From Verrucomicrobiota bacterium (GTDB taxonomy: Bacteria; Verrucomicrobiota; Verrucomicrobiia; Limisphaerales; UBA9464): a stretch of DNA of 64,000 bases. The notes beneath the pieces are model-generated. The model was not told the DNA's origin. It worked only from the letters and a program-made list of their open reading frames with translations, and made no database searches. Shown here piece after piece: positions 12,101-19,568 of this stretch. The translations under genes were made by a program, and so were the position numbers. Numbering within the stretch: position 1 is the stretch's first letter; the number at the start of each line of letters is the position of its first letter. Location: assembly GCA_046346705.1 (NCBI GenBank), contig JAXMHR010000012.1, forward strand, positions 109,131-173,130, given 5' to 3'.

Positions 12101-15100
12101 GGTTTCGGAGCAGCCGTTTGTTGCCTCGGATTTCTCAGGCGAGGATCTTCCAGCGGTCTACTCCAACGGTGCCGTCGAGTTGTTCCGGGTGACCAACGGA
12201 TTCCTGCAGGGGAGTGTGGTGGAAACGCGGGGTGCGATTTGCCGCTATGTCCGGGTCGTTCATCTCGGGAGGGGTTTTCTGTCGCTGGCGGAAATTGAGC
12301 TTCGCGACGGTCCGCAGATGGCCCTTAAGCCTGCGGCTATTTCCAGTTCTTCCCAATACGCCGGGACTCCGGACCAACGGGCTATCGACGGAAATCCGTC
12401 GACCTTCTCCCACACCGATCTCGATCTGCATGGGTTTTTGGAACTGGATTTGGGAGAGGTGACCCCGGTGAGCAGTGTGGACATCACCTGGCGAAGGGAT
12501 TGCTGCCAGTCGCGAAATCGGGTCGCGGTACTGCTCGCGGACACGCCTTTCGTGGCGACCGACTTCCAATCTGCGGATCTTCCCGCGACCTATTCCAATG
12601 GCGCCGTGGAGATTTATCGCACGTTGGCGCCATATGATCAGGGAACAACGTCGATCCTTCCGACAACTTCAGGTCGATATCTCCGCGTGGTCCAATTGGG
12701 AAGGGACTATCTCTCCATCGCTGAAATCGAAGTGGAAAAGGCGTCAGTCTCGGGGAATCTGCCGCCGGTAACAGTGGAGGTGCTGTCGCGTGCGTTGGAT
12801 TCAGATGGGGACGGCGTGTCCAATGGGGATGAGATCGACCGGGGATCCAATCCGTTCCAGCCTGACCGGATTCCGGTCATTGATGCTCCGGAGGTGATAG
12901 AGTTGGTTCAACGGGTGGTTCGTCGCGTCCCGGTTTCTGCACGGGACGAGGATGGAAACCTGCGGAGCCTTGAAATTGCGGAGTTGACTGGTGACGGGGC
13001 GCCATCGCCCGGCGCAGTGGCGGAATTCTGGAACGTCGGTTCAGGTATCGGATCCCTCTCCGCGGTGCCGTTTCAGAGTCCACCCACTTGGACCACCAAT
13101 CTCACCACCACTGAGTTCCCCTACGGCACCGAGCCGTGGTTCCCTGGAGGGCAGGTGGACCGGTTCGCGGCCCGGATCCGGGGCGATCTTCAAATTTCGC
13201 AGCAGGGTGACTACAACTTCACTCTCAACAGCGATGACGGGTCCCGGTTGAGTCTCGACGGAGCGGTCGTGATTGATTACGACGGCGAGCATGGAGCCTC
13301 GGAACGGTCGGCCACCGTGTCGCTGGCAGCAGGCAGCCATGCGCTGGAATTGCTTTATTTCGAGAACGGGGGAGGTGCCCAGTTTATCGCATCCTGGCAG
13401 GGGCCAGGATTTGCCCGCCGGCCTTTCCAGGCGTCTGACTTCCTGCAGTTCGGCACCCTGCGCTTCGCAGGGACTGACAGCAAGATGCTGAGCAGTGCAA
13501 CCGACGTGGCTCGCCTGGACGGCGAAATGGAGCTTTCAATCTTCACCACCAATTCGGTGAAAATACAGCTGGTCGCCCGTGATCGGGATGGATTGATCGC
13601 GACGCGGCGTGTGGACGTGGTGGTGCTGGGCGACTTGGACGCGGATGGCATCAGCGACCGCGACGATCCTGATGTGGACGGGGACGGGCTCGACTCCGCA
13701 GCGGAAATCGCGGCCGGCACCGACCCTCGAAATCCGGATACGGACGGGGACGGCGCGGTGGATTCTGTCGACCGGAATCCGGTGCGAATGAATCAAATCC
13801 CCATTGCCGGTTCGGGTGGAGCGTTTCGATTTGATGGTGTCGATGATGTGCTCGTCGCCGGGAGCCCGGAGCCTCTCCGGCAAACGGGCGACCAGACGAT
13901 CGAGTTTTGGATCTGGCCTGAGACGACGACACGAGTTCAAACGATCATTGCCAAATCCTACGCGGGCGAGGGTGCAATCGCTTTGCTGGATAATGGACGG
14001 CTGCGGTACCACTACGGAAATTTGGGTTTCGACAGCGGGAGCCTGAATGCGAACTACCAGTTTGCCGACACGGGTGGATCCTTGGTTCGGCGGGTCTGGA
14101 CGCATGTCGCCCTGGTCCGGGACCTCGCAGCGGGTAAATTGCGTTGGTATCTCAATGGAGAGCTGAGCTCCGAAACATCCGTCTCCTTGTCACCCGCCGT
14201 GGCAGGCTCCCAGCGATTGACCCTTGGCAATGGCTGGGCTGGGGGATTTGTAGGGGAAATGGACGAGGTGCGCATTTGGAGCACGGCACGCACCGGGGAC
14301 GAGATCCGATCATTGTGGAAATCACGCGTGACCGGTGGGGAATCCGGTTTGGCAGCCGCATGGAGTTTCGAGGGCGTTTCGGGCGGGGTTTCCCGTGACC
14401 ATTCCCCCAATCATCTGCCCCTGACCATTGGCGATTCTCTTTTTCCCGCGTCGAGGCCGTTGGCGGTGGAATCCGACGTTTTCCCGAGGGACCTGCTCGA
14501 AGTTGATGGTGAGGCGGGTTCGGACCTGACGGTGACCCTTTTGGGACAAGATGCGGATAAGGAGCCGCTAAGGGCCATCATCATTGAATTGCCGGACCGC
14601 GGGACGCTTTACCAGACGACGGACGGGAGTTCGCGGGGTTCGGCCATTACCAGCGTTCCCACGGTGGTCACCGATCCGCAGCGTCGGGTGATTTTTGCCG
14701 CTCCTGCAGGATCCTCCGGGCTCATGTCTTTCCGATATGCCGTGAGTGACACCCAGGACCAGTCCTTCCCGAGTACAGGGAGGATTTTGGTGCGTCCGCT
14801 CAATGGAGCTCCCGAAGCGGTGGCGGACAAAGTGGCCGTTTTTCAGGATACCCCTGCAGTGTTAGGACAACTGCTGGCAAATGACCGGGATCCCGACGGG
14901 GACACACTGCGGATTCATCCGTTGACCCAGCCGTCTCATGGAAGTTTGAGCCAAAACGGGCTGGGGCAGTGGGTCTACACTCCGAATGCCGGTTACACGG
15001 GTACTGATTCATTCCTTTATGAGATCGCAGACGCATTAAGTTGGAATCGCGAACGGGATTACCGTCCGGGAACAGTCAACCTTTCGACCGTCGGAAATCC

Positions 15101-18100
15101 CGGGTTGGACCAATTTGGATTCCCCTCCTGGCGGTTGGAGTATCTTCAGGGCGGTGGTTTCGGCGATCCGGCGCCCTGGTATCGACAGAATGGTGGACTG
15201 TTGTTGTGGGATAGTGATTGGTATGGCGGTGGGGGGTATTGGGCGATGCAGGACAACCTCGGAGCGATCGTCTGGGGGCAGGGCTTGTCCCACAACCTTA
15301 CTGGCGGATCGTGGTTCGAATCCATCCCGGCGGTGTCGTGGATTTCGCCCGTCTCAGGGAATGTCGATGTCCTGGGTGAGTTGGAGCTGTTGTGGTCGAG
15401 TGGCGGAAACTCGGCGGAGACGTATCCAGTCGACATCGCGTTGGTCGTCCGGCGTCGTTCCGACGGTGAGTTTATCCCCATTCTTACCAACACGGTTGTC
15501 AAGCCGACCCCATCATTGAACACCCAGGAGTCGGTTCGACTCCCGGTTGGGATCACAAACCTCAGCCTTACGGTTGGGGACGAAGTCCGGGTCACACTGC
15601 GTGGTCGAGCGCCGTTCGCCCCGATGTCTCTGAATCTGAATGATCGCCTTGAGTTCGTTCTTTCCGCTCCCAAGAGGTCCGCGGTGGTGACGCTGGACGT
15701 TGGTGCGAATGCCGTCCCGGTCGCCCAGGCGCATACCCCGACTTCGGCCCTGCGCTTCGCGGGTAACAGGGACTATTTGATGTTAGGTGGACCTGCCGCC
15801 CAGTTCCCTCCCGGAGACTTTACAGTGGAATTCTGGATGCGCTCCACCAACGGCGTGAACCGTGGGACGGTATTTTCTTACGCCGTCCCGGGTCAGGACA
15901 ACGAATTCATGATCTATGACTGCCGGAGTATTAACCTCTTTCTGAGGGGCACGGGAGTGGAAACCGGAGTCGGAGCGGTGAGCGGTACTTGGCGGCACGT
16001 TGCGGTTTCCCGCTCCGTATCCGATGGGCTGACGCGGGTTTATTTGGACGGGGTTCTCGCTTCCGAGGTCATTCTGCGTGCCGGGGATGGGGTCCGGGAG
16101 GGGGGATATTGGATTGCCGGGCAGGACCAGGACAATCTTGCGGGAGGATTTGATGAACGGGAGGCTTTTGATGGAGAACTGGATGATCTCCGCGTCTGGG
16201 GCGTCGTCCGGTCATCCGGGGAAATTGCAGAAGGTCGTTTTGTTCGGTTGGCGGGCAATGAACCCGGATTGATTGCCTCATGGAACTTCGATCAGGTGAA
16301 CAACGGGGAATCACCGAATCAGGTGGCGGGCGGATTCCCCGCGGTGTTGGGAAGCGCCGATCAGGCGCCGTCCCCGGTTCCCGGCTTTGCGCCGTTTGAC
16401 GTGGCCTTTGCAACCGACGAGGAAACCCCGGTCGCAGTGACCCTGGCTGGGACTGACGCCGATGGAGATCCGCTAACTCGGATCGTGACGTCCCTTCCGG
16501 AACACGGGACCTTGTTTCAGACCTCGGATGGTTCGAATCCGACAACGCCCTTGGGTGGGAACAGGTCTCGCCGATTCGACGGGGTTAATGATATCATCAC
16601 CATTGCCGAAAACCCCTCCGGGGACTTGTCGGCTAGCCCTGCGTGGACTGTTTCTGCTTGGATCCGTCCGCGATCTGCGGGCAACACGTATCCGGTCATT
16701 TATTCCGAGGGTCACTGGGCTCTTTCCCTGGGATTGCAGCAGGGAACCGGCCGGCTGGATTCCTGGGTGAATAACAACAATCAGGCCGTCAGCGACCGGG
16801 CAGTCACCTTTGGCGAATGGCAGCACGTGGCATTAACCTCGGATGGTACGTCCCGGGTCTTCTATATCAATGGGCAGCCTGCCGGTTCCGGGAATGCAGC
16901 TGCGGTCGTCCCCAATGCCTCGGGCGCCGCCATTGGTGGCACCATCTCGGAGTTGACGGGCACGCGGAATCGCTTCGATGGAGACATTGACGATGTCGCG
17001 TTGTGGAACCGGGCGTTGACCCCTGCCGAATTGGCGGTTCTTGCTGTTGCCCCTTTGAAGGGCTCGGAGTCCGGCTTGATTGCGTGGTGGCCGCTGGACG
17101 AGATTTCCGGGAATGCGGTTGCGGATGCCACGGGGCGGGGTTCGGATGGCGTGGCTGGTGGAGGAAATCCTGCTTCGGACGGCGCCTGGCTTCCCGAATT
17201 CTCCCTGAATACCTCCCCGGCGTTTGCGGCTACCTTGCCGAGGGCAACGCATCCCGGAGGAAAACTCATCTATGTTCCGGATCAGGAATGGTCCGGGCTG
17301 GACGTGTTCGAGTATCGCGTCAATGACGGGAAGGTCGATTCCACGATCGCTTCGTTGTTTGTGCGGACACGCACCGTGAATGACCCCCCGACTGCGGTGG
17401 CGGATGTTGTGTCTGCGATTTCGGGTCTGCCCGAGTATATGTCCGGGATTTTGTCCAATGACTTCGATGTCGAGGGCGCCAAGGTGTCCCTCCTGGACTA
17501 TACGAATCCATCCCACGGTGCTCTTGCCAAGGGAGAGGGCGGCGTCCTGATCTACACTGCGGAGGTCGGATTTGCCGGTACGGATTCGTTTACCTACCGA
17601 ATTTCGGATGGTGTCGGGGCGAGCGTCCCCGCGACTGTGACGATTCATGTGGCGACGCCGGGGCAGTTCCGGTGGATCAACGTCGCGGGTGGAGATTGGA
17701 GCGTTGCCTCCAATTGGAGCGGCAACCGAGTTCCTTCGGCGGATGACGATGTTTTCATCACTGAGCCGGGGACCTATACCGTCAATCTGGATGTCGATGC
17801 CACCGTGCGACGACTTATCTTGGGTGGTGGTGGAACCGGCCAGCAGACTTTGTCCATTGGCAGCCGAACGCTAACCGTTCTCGGCGACAGTTTTGTTCAG
17901 GACCGGGGAGAGCTGGTGCAATCGGGCGGTCAAATCATCACTGACGGAGCCCACTGGAGCGTATCGGGGAAGCTTCGATGGACGGGGGGTACGATTGCGG
18001 GTTTGGGGACAACCGAGTTTTTGCCGGGCACCGATGTCCAGGTAGGGGCGCCGGGGATTGATGTTACGGCAACCACGGGTCGCCAGTTTCTCAATCGCGG

Positions 18101-19568
18101 GCGAATGACTGTTTCGGCTCGAACCCTGTTCCTGAGAAATCAGGCAGGAGGGGGGACGTCACTTGTGAACCGGGGAGTCCTCGTGTTTGAGGGGGACTCC
18201 GCGATTGAAGTGAGTTTTCCTCCGTCGGGTGTGACACCGCCCCTGATCAACGAGGGAACGCTTCAGAAGACCGGTGCCGGGACATCCGTGCTGGACACTC
18301 CGCTTTCGGGGCCGGGGGACATCATTGTCTCATCAGGTTCACTTCGATTCAACGGTGGCGCGGAGATTGTGGGGGCTGTCACGCTGGAGGCGGAGACCGC
18401 GATGCAATTGGGGCGCGGCACATTGGTCGTGAATTCCGGAAGTGTTATTTCCGGAGACGGGGTGCTCCAGGTTGACTCCGGGAATATGATTTTTTCCGGC
18501 AACCAGACCGTTTCTCGATTTACCCAGAATGGGGGCGATGTGACCGGTTCAGGAAATTTGGTGGTGACTCGGGGGTTAAGGTGGGCGAATGGTCGTCAGA
18601 TGGGTGCCTTTGTCACAGAGTTGGCGGAAACGGCGGCCTCAAGCATCGAAGGCGGAGGCATAAAGCAGTTGGTTTCCGGCCGAAGGTTGATCAATCGCGG
18701 AACTCTCGGCATTAGCGGAAACTGGGTTTATCTGGATAACGACTCCGCCGGGGGGGCGGGCATTGAAAACTTCGGAACCATCCGTTTCGATCAGGCCGCA
18801 GGAATACATCAAACCTCATCCAACGCGGGGAATCCCGTTGTATTCAACAATCAGGGCACCATCGAAGTGATGGGAACTTCGAGCGATGGAACGCGTTGGC
18901 GCCCGCCGTTCAACAGCTCCGGCACCGTTCGAGTTCATGGGGGTCAGGTCATTCTGGAGCGCGATTCCGTACAATCCGGCGCCCTCTCCGTCACAAACGG
19001 GGCCGCCTATGTGTTTTTCACGGGAAATCACTCATTCCCAGCAGGCAGTTCCCTCAGTGGCAGTGGGGATTTTGTCACCTACTACGGGAACGTGACTGTG
19101 GAGCCGCGCATGAACTGGACGGGGCGGATTCGCACCTTTGGAGGGACGACGAGCTTTGCCACCGATCAGACGTTTTCAGAGTTCATTCAGGGACAGGAGG
19201 TCGGGCTCAGCGTGGTCCGGTGTGCTGGAACCATCCTGATCACCAATTCGTACGCGTGGAACGGGGGTATTCTGTCGGGTCCCGGCCGGTTCGAGATTGG
19301 CGAGAAGGTCCCAGTGGTCTGGGGTGGGGGAAATAAGACACTTACTGGAGACGTTACTCTGGTGAATCGTTCCACTCTGACGCTCGGGGGGGCACCGGGA
19401 CCTGGCGGGAGACGGGAATGGGAGTTCGGGGTTCGAGAATCGAGGCACCGTGATCATGCCCGCAGGAGAGTCGATTCCGTACGCCGATCGCTACGGTGCG
19501 CAACCCATGGTCATTTCCAATTTGGGCCGTTGGGTGAAACAGGGAACGGGTGCGGATTCCTACGTTGA
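3141..19568 (+). CDS. Giant mosaic cell-surface/adhesin-like protein (5,475-codon ORF). The true gene probably continues in the +1 frame to 20355 after a G7 run at 19386-19392
   Basis: Uninterrupted ORF with GGAG 7 nt upstream of ATG 3141 and an N-terminal hydrophobic anchor (LLRWVLLAFIAGV). Recognisable modules: at least 13 CarboxypepD_reg-like units and SbsA-type Ig units (~9.7-11.6 kb). Two discoidin/F5-8-type-C-like units follow (IDGNRSGNWADGS, IDGNPSTFSHTD; ~11.9-12.7 kb). Next come a PA14-like unit (GDYNFTLNSDDGSRLSLDG; ~13.0-13.4 kb) and thrombospondin-type-3-like Asp repeats (DADGISDRDDPDVDGDGLD..DTDGDGAVD; ~13.62-13.79 kb). There are three LamG-like units (MDEVRIWS, LDDLRVWG, IDDVALWN) and cadherin/VCBS-like units (NDRDPDGDTL). 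Beta-helix passenger-type repeats run from ~17.67 kb. The last ~60 codons look like out-of-frame read-through. Confidence 0.9.
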   Translation: MSTLISILPGRTVCRSGLWFRVFRLLRWVLLAFIAGVKISIPMHGSDVLTTLEYRIAGTGLQVSPPAVSVPKGIAGSVLVTLVGGEAAGGQTNGTYVEAFLRGPGIPEPRRIVSPVNQPLLFPPLNLVGDYQLDSIRLVDGTTGDTLMEGSPSIVPVRVFDDILVSRVTSRPLTYEEIQEKGIFIDESNFRVVEFEAAFVLDGKTIPVTFPVVSPKFTDSVELIPAAELEEKLARAAALNQQIASTTALPPEFEVSQLNIQVQGINFQVVDPGEDEPLGLRVPPIPALMVIPGNIGYLNQFFSVQIFTENGAPRGSGLSVYNIQATLKLPPGPDQIPAADYTHPGDDPLRFARVGPDKLIQPVQQIVQPGSDGKTGTPDDSPRLQPGESGQAEFLVEGLQEGLHVMDLDLVADMDGLAAGPVQVRGKAAGSVLVRNPRFSMAFSHPRTVRVGEPYEASVTLLNTGITPANLVQITLNKNSISGARLEDETRQTVELGTLLPGESKTATFRMRSLRTGAVSFSNLTTSDDSVVGRFRLSMGVDERGVALSPDSLAMPDQVNSLPEGLLFAANRVLGQALSVATAGQLPPGILRVGRSIITRRVLDLAEAGQRLSYGDPPKRVFTDLLRDWQGGREASAGFDQILRETDAGREWRDALFAVIESSDGFTASARLADRAADLAGLGQEFALASADSGQLRLQFGEDLASVERSTRPFALVYSGTNGSWANGLLETNGVVIWTFTNAPASAEIGVLLVGTNGIARQFRWNLSHPPGDATYRFAFGDPASGLKVDLGSDGTQDSSIAATVLEVRELLPSVLAVEQDLYVLAGRPGSPCIGPEYRNYGTVVAVVFSKPMTQQMAGDPVSYSVDGDNGANSVQVQPGGRVAYLNLRKGISGIRPRTLTLSGVADVRGNALPTAILPIRSVERGTSVPFTGGVAIRGRALKGDGTPAVGIPVTLTMYDQAFGPNSCEPWTRRVSQVLTDSGGNFDFDFVMSGIPYSISATDTSGLSQEALTLIAGNTAEGQVERERILQLATSAATRDTLLGLFASGSIPEAIAKVEGLDRALVRDFVAENSPREGQTVPMALRFRGRATVVGRVVAEDGVTPVARPAVNLFPDSGSRELGRGIFADADGRFVFYGVPLGVYTVSVETSDHRTRTVAGLLSTPGEVATLTVALPSTITPQGNLRGTVFEADGVTPHANARVFIGRYGGNQVTDVVRIVEADSDGNWRADTLPAGKWDIVAITFDGRRKALRLGYSVIADATLVANLTLESTTQLLGRVQFEDGRPAANALVAGGLTLVRTDATGNFTLEGVPVGNRVISAGVERNPDAGIDFPRLGSAAVQVVPGANNYVVVKLRAVGRIYGKVIDLKGAGIGGVRVAIPVEGGFFWTDADSQGNYVFEGLSLGNYTLSAPANTTAPQLDTASLNESIRSGNEEEILTAFEEAVRVFVGADDPLINGSQLNFRPITWGFTGANLKFDGESVQANIRMLHEGTVRGKVLNHQGVPIGARVRLTGLGPARNGDPKITIRGERDSDPATGEFIFPGELLTGPWSVQAASPFYPSVIQVNGFTTEIDPNVKDVVLQFPPIRDTNGRLAGRVLKSDGTPAGEGIRVKINFSADYEIRTGTNGFFDTQIAVPAGGYRAEALDEATGLRGEAYVTVAAGRTNLVDVPLLTRNSSVSVTVLRGNGLPASGAQVDLEQGTFPRDARVTVFADANGRAVFGGLWEGRYAVSAQYVESSTRVYSRGGASVGPDETASVSLRLGATGSITGQFVKLDRITPVEAAQVSIGNLGFASTDGQGRFRFDGVPLGTYSLITSDPVTGAFARGIAAVSGADQVVDVLLVEGARGEVNGYVIDSYGAKFSPGATVRISYSDGLTPSVTITTGPDGRFSFPGSPVGGFSLVATDLPKSQGGRGTSGSVSGALDAASLVASVNIQLQPLGILGVNVVRSDGTTPATNVTVRLDAAQRDTDDRGGVSFEDLFLGTHGITAVSRAEGERRNGVGVSALISVAGTNPPVTLRLPGVGTVSGIVVGSDGVTPVNGAEVVISFQDSLFAGESVTAVTGGDGRFSFADVPVGGYRLVASSISLAGSVSGTIAGAGETDSTTVRLGDSGVILGRLVRSDGATGVGGVDVLVTYASQSANPGRAFVRSDGDGRFRLDNIPVGRFQLEVAAPSFGGLIRTGGLLASNQQQLDLGALRFDENFPEVVSMTPADTSLGVPTTAEIVLEFSEAMDASTLDPRGIFVRVAATGERVATNLELVETNGVARLVRIVPARALVSEQLYEVIALAGDLLNATGGVIGSGPRDLVGRPLTASFVGRFITADNDPPVLLSVFPTPAMIQVDPRAVPRLSFNESLRPTGFSFHLSGPAGEVAGSAAVGVDGRVLSFVPADLLKPNAIYTLTVSNVFDLAGNRAAAEPFIVAFSTLDTIGPTLGALRIADGRVPAAGATIPVEALLAVQEPGVSVRFSQDFNALGTDTNAPFRANVVLPRTGTTTVRAIATDVFGNDGPLAELVVTVVPNQPPTLRFSRVSPTEGPAPSGSFIAVDVEGVDDSGISELKAIVAGLGTGDLARTNATKLRVQGFVSAAAGPGTEVKIFAEAKDELGQSSGQQVFTLPIRDGTAPSVAILGPTNNTRINPAEPLELLVQVSDNFTNATVRLALNGAWTTNLSLSLPLISGEAASGRFLVTLAEVAPVGGILNARVTATDDAGNESSVTAVYRVLDSTIPVVQNFFPAAGETNAALWPLVVATFSEELDTNSVTAATFTVSDAGTPVPGRFSFRQTNQVVQWESLAPLVPGREYAVSLGAGITDTNANSIVPYTSTFTVSSFGITSPTNGGRVVEGQRLIVRAGGGNPAAVRMVNYTTQFGSAVGTDAHFTAELLVPSLSAISGSQFTVSATAKLAGKNRARDAFVRASSEGFGGSVSRIIDGNRSGNWADGSVAHTGNGNELHPWFELDLGQVTSFQQTALYFRTDSSPEQSSVAILVSEQPFVASDFSGEDLPAVYSNGAVELFRVTNGFLQGSVVETRGAICRYVRVVHLGRGFLSLAEIELRDGPQMALKPAAISSSSQYAGTPDQRAIDGNPSTFSHTDLDLHGFLELDLGEVTPVSSVDITWRRDCCQSRNRVAVLLADTPFVATDFQSADLPATYSNGAVEIYRTLAPYDQGTTSILPTTSGRYLRVVQLGRDYLSIAEIEVEKASVSGNLPPVTVEVLSRALDSDGDGVSNGDEIDRGSNPFQPDRIPVIDAPEVIELVQRVVRRVPVSARDEDGNLRSLEIAELTGDGAPSPGAVAEFWNVGSGIGSLSAVPFQSPPTWTTNLTTTEFPYGTEPWFPGGQVDRFAARIRGDLQISQQGDYNFTLNSDDGSRLSLDGAVVIDYDGEHGASERSATVSLAAGSHALELLYFENGGGAQFIASWQGPGFARRPFQASDFLQFGTLRFAGTDSKMLSSATDVARLDGEMELSIFTTNSVKIQLVARDRDGLIATRRVDVVVLGDLDADGISDRDDPDVDGDGLDSAAEIAAGTDPRNPDTDGDGAVDSVDRNPVRMNQIPIAGSGGAFRFDGVDDVLVAGSPEPLRQTGDQTIEFWIWPETTTRVQTIIAKSYAGEGAIALLDNGRLRYHYGNLGFDSGSLNANYQFADTGGSLVRRVWTHVALVRDLAAGKLRWYLNGELSSETSVSLSPAVAGSQRLTLGNGWAGGFVGEMDEVRIWSTARTGDEIRSLWKSRVTGGESGLAAAWSFEGVSGGVSRDHSPNHLPLTIGDSLFPASRPLAVESDVFPRDLLEVDGEAGSDLTVTLLGQDADKEPLRAIIIELPDRGTLYQTTDGSSRGSAITSVPTVVTDPQRRVIFAAPAGSSGLMSFRYAVSDTQDQSFPSTGRILVRPLNGAPEAVADKVAVFQDTPAVLGQLLANDRDPDGDTLRIHPLTQPSHGSLSQNGLGQWVYTPNAGYTGTDSFLYEIADALSWNRERDYRPGTVNLSTVGNPGLDQFGFPSWRLEYLQGGGFGDPAPWYRQNGGLLLWDSDWYGGGGYWAMQDNLGAIVWGQGLSHNLTGGSWFESIPAVSWISPVSGNVDVLGELELLWSSGGNSAETYPVDIALVVRRRSDGEFIPILTNTVVKPTPSLNTQESVRLPVGITNLSLTVGDEVRVTLRGRAPFAPMSLNLNDRLEFVLSAPKRSAVVTLDVGANAVPVAQAHTPTSALRFAGNRDYLMLGGPAAQFPPGDFTVEFWMRSTNGVNRGTVFSYAVPGQDNEFMIYDCRSINLFLRGTGVETGVGAVSGTWRHVAVSRSVSDGLTRVYLDGVLASEVILRAGDGVREGGYWIAGQDQDNLAGGFDEREAFDGELDDLRVWGVVRSSGEIAEGRFVRLAGNEPGLIASWNFDQVNNGESPNQVAGGFPAVLGSADQAPSPVPGFAPFDVAFATDEETPVAVTLAGTDADGDPLTRIVTSLPEHGTLFQTSDGSNPTTPLGGNRSRRFDGVNDIITIAENPSGDLSASPAWTVSAWIRPRSAGNTYPVIYSEGHWALSLGLQQGTGRLDSWVNNNNQAVSDRAVTFGEWQHVALTSDGTSRVFYINGQPAGSGNAAAVVPNASGAAIGGTISELTGTRNRFDGDIDDVALWNRALTPAELAVLAVAPLKGSESGLIAWWPLDEISGNAVADATGRGSDGVAGGGNPASDGAWLPEFSLNTSPAFAATLPRATHPGGKLIYVPDQEWSGLDVFEYRVNDGKVDSTIASLFVRTRTVNDPPTAVADVVSAISGLPEYMSGILSNDFDVEGAKVSLLDYTNPSHGALAKGEGGVLIYTAEVGFAGTDSFTYRISDGVGASVPATVTIHVATPGQFRWINVAGGDWSVASNWSGNRVPSADDDVFITEPGTYTVNLDVDATVRRLILGGGGTGQQTLSIGSRTLTVLGDSFVQDRGELVQSGGQIITDGAHWSVSGKLRWTGGTIAGLGTTEFLPGTDVQVGAPGIDVTATTGRQFLNRGRMTVSARTLFLRNQAGGGTSLVNRGVLVFEGDSAIEVSFPPSGVTPPLINEGTLQKTGAGTSVLDTPLSGPGDIIVSSGSLRFNGGAEIVGAVTLEAETAMQLGRGTLVVNSGSVISGDGVLQVDSGNMIFSGNQTVSRFTQNGGDVTGSGNLVVTRGLRWANGRQMGAFVTELAETAASSIEGGGIKQLVSGRRLINRGTLGISGNWVYLDNDSAGGAGIENFGTIRFDQAAGIHQTSSNAGNPVVFNNQGTIEVMGTSSDGTRWRPPFNSSGTVRVHGGQVILERDSVQSGALSVTNGAAYVFFTGNHSFPAGSSLSGSGDFVTYYGNVTVEPRMNWTGRIRTFGGTTSFATDQTFSEFIQGQEVGLSVVRCAGTILITNSYAWNGGILSGPGRFEIGEKVPVVWGGGNKTLTGDVTLVNRSTLTLGGAPGPGGRREWEFGVRESRHRDHARRRVDSVRRSLRCATHGHFQFGPLGETGNGCGFLR
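5940..9690 (+). repeat. Tandem array of at least 13 carboxypeptidase-regulatory-like beta-sandwich modules inside the giant CDS (protein-level repeats)
   Basis: Recurring ~90-aa pattern G(R/K)V...DG.P...A.V......(D/T).(D/N)G.F.F..(V/L)P.G.Y.(L/V). Examples: GRVVAEDGVTPV..ADADGRFVFYGVPLGVYTVSV; GIVVGSDGVTPV..GGDGRFSFADVPVGGYRLVA; GRLVRSDGATGV..DGDGRFRLDNIPVGRFQLEV. Confidence 0.7.

Noticed and set aside
19380-19460. Programmed ribosomal frameshifting as the explanation for the giant-gene frame change
   Set aside because: I saw no X-XXY-YYZ slippery heptamer and no obvious downstream stimulatory structure. The shift coincides with a G7 homopolymer, and similar indels occur in unrelated genes in the window. 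An indel (error or mutation) is more parsimonious.
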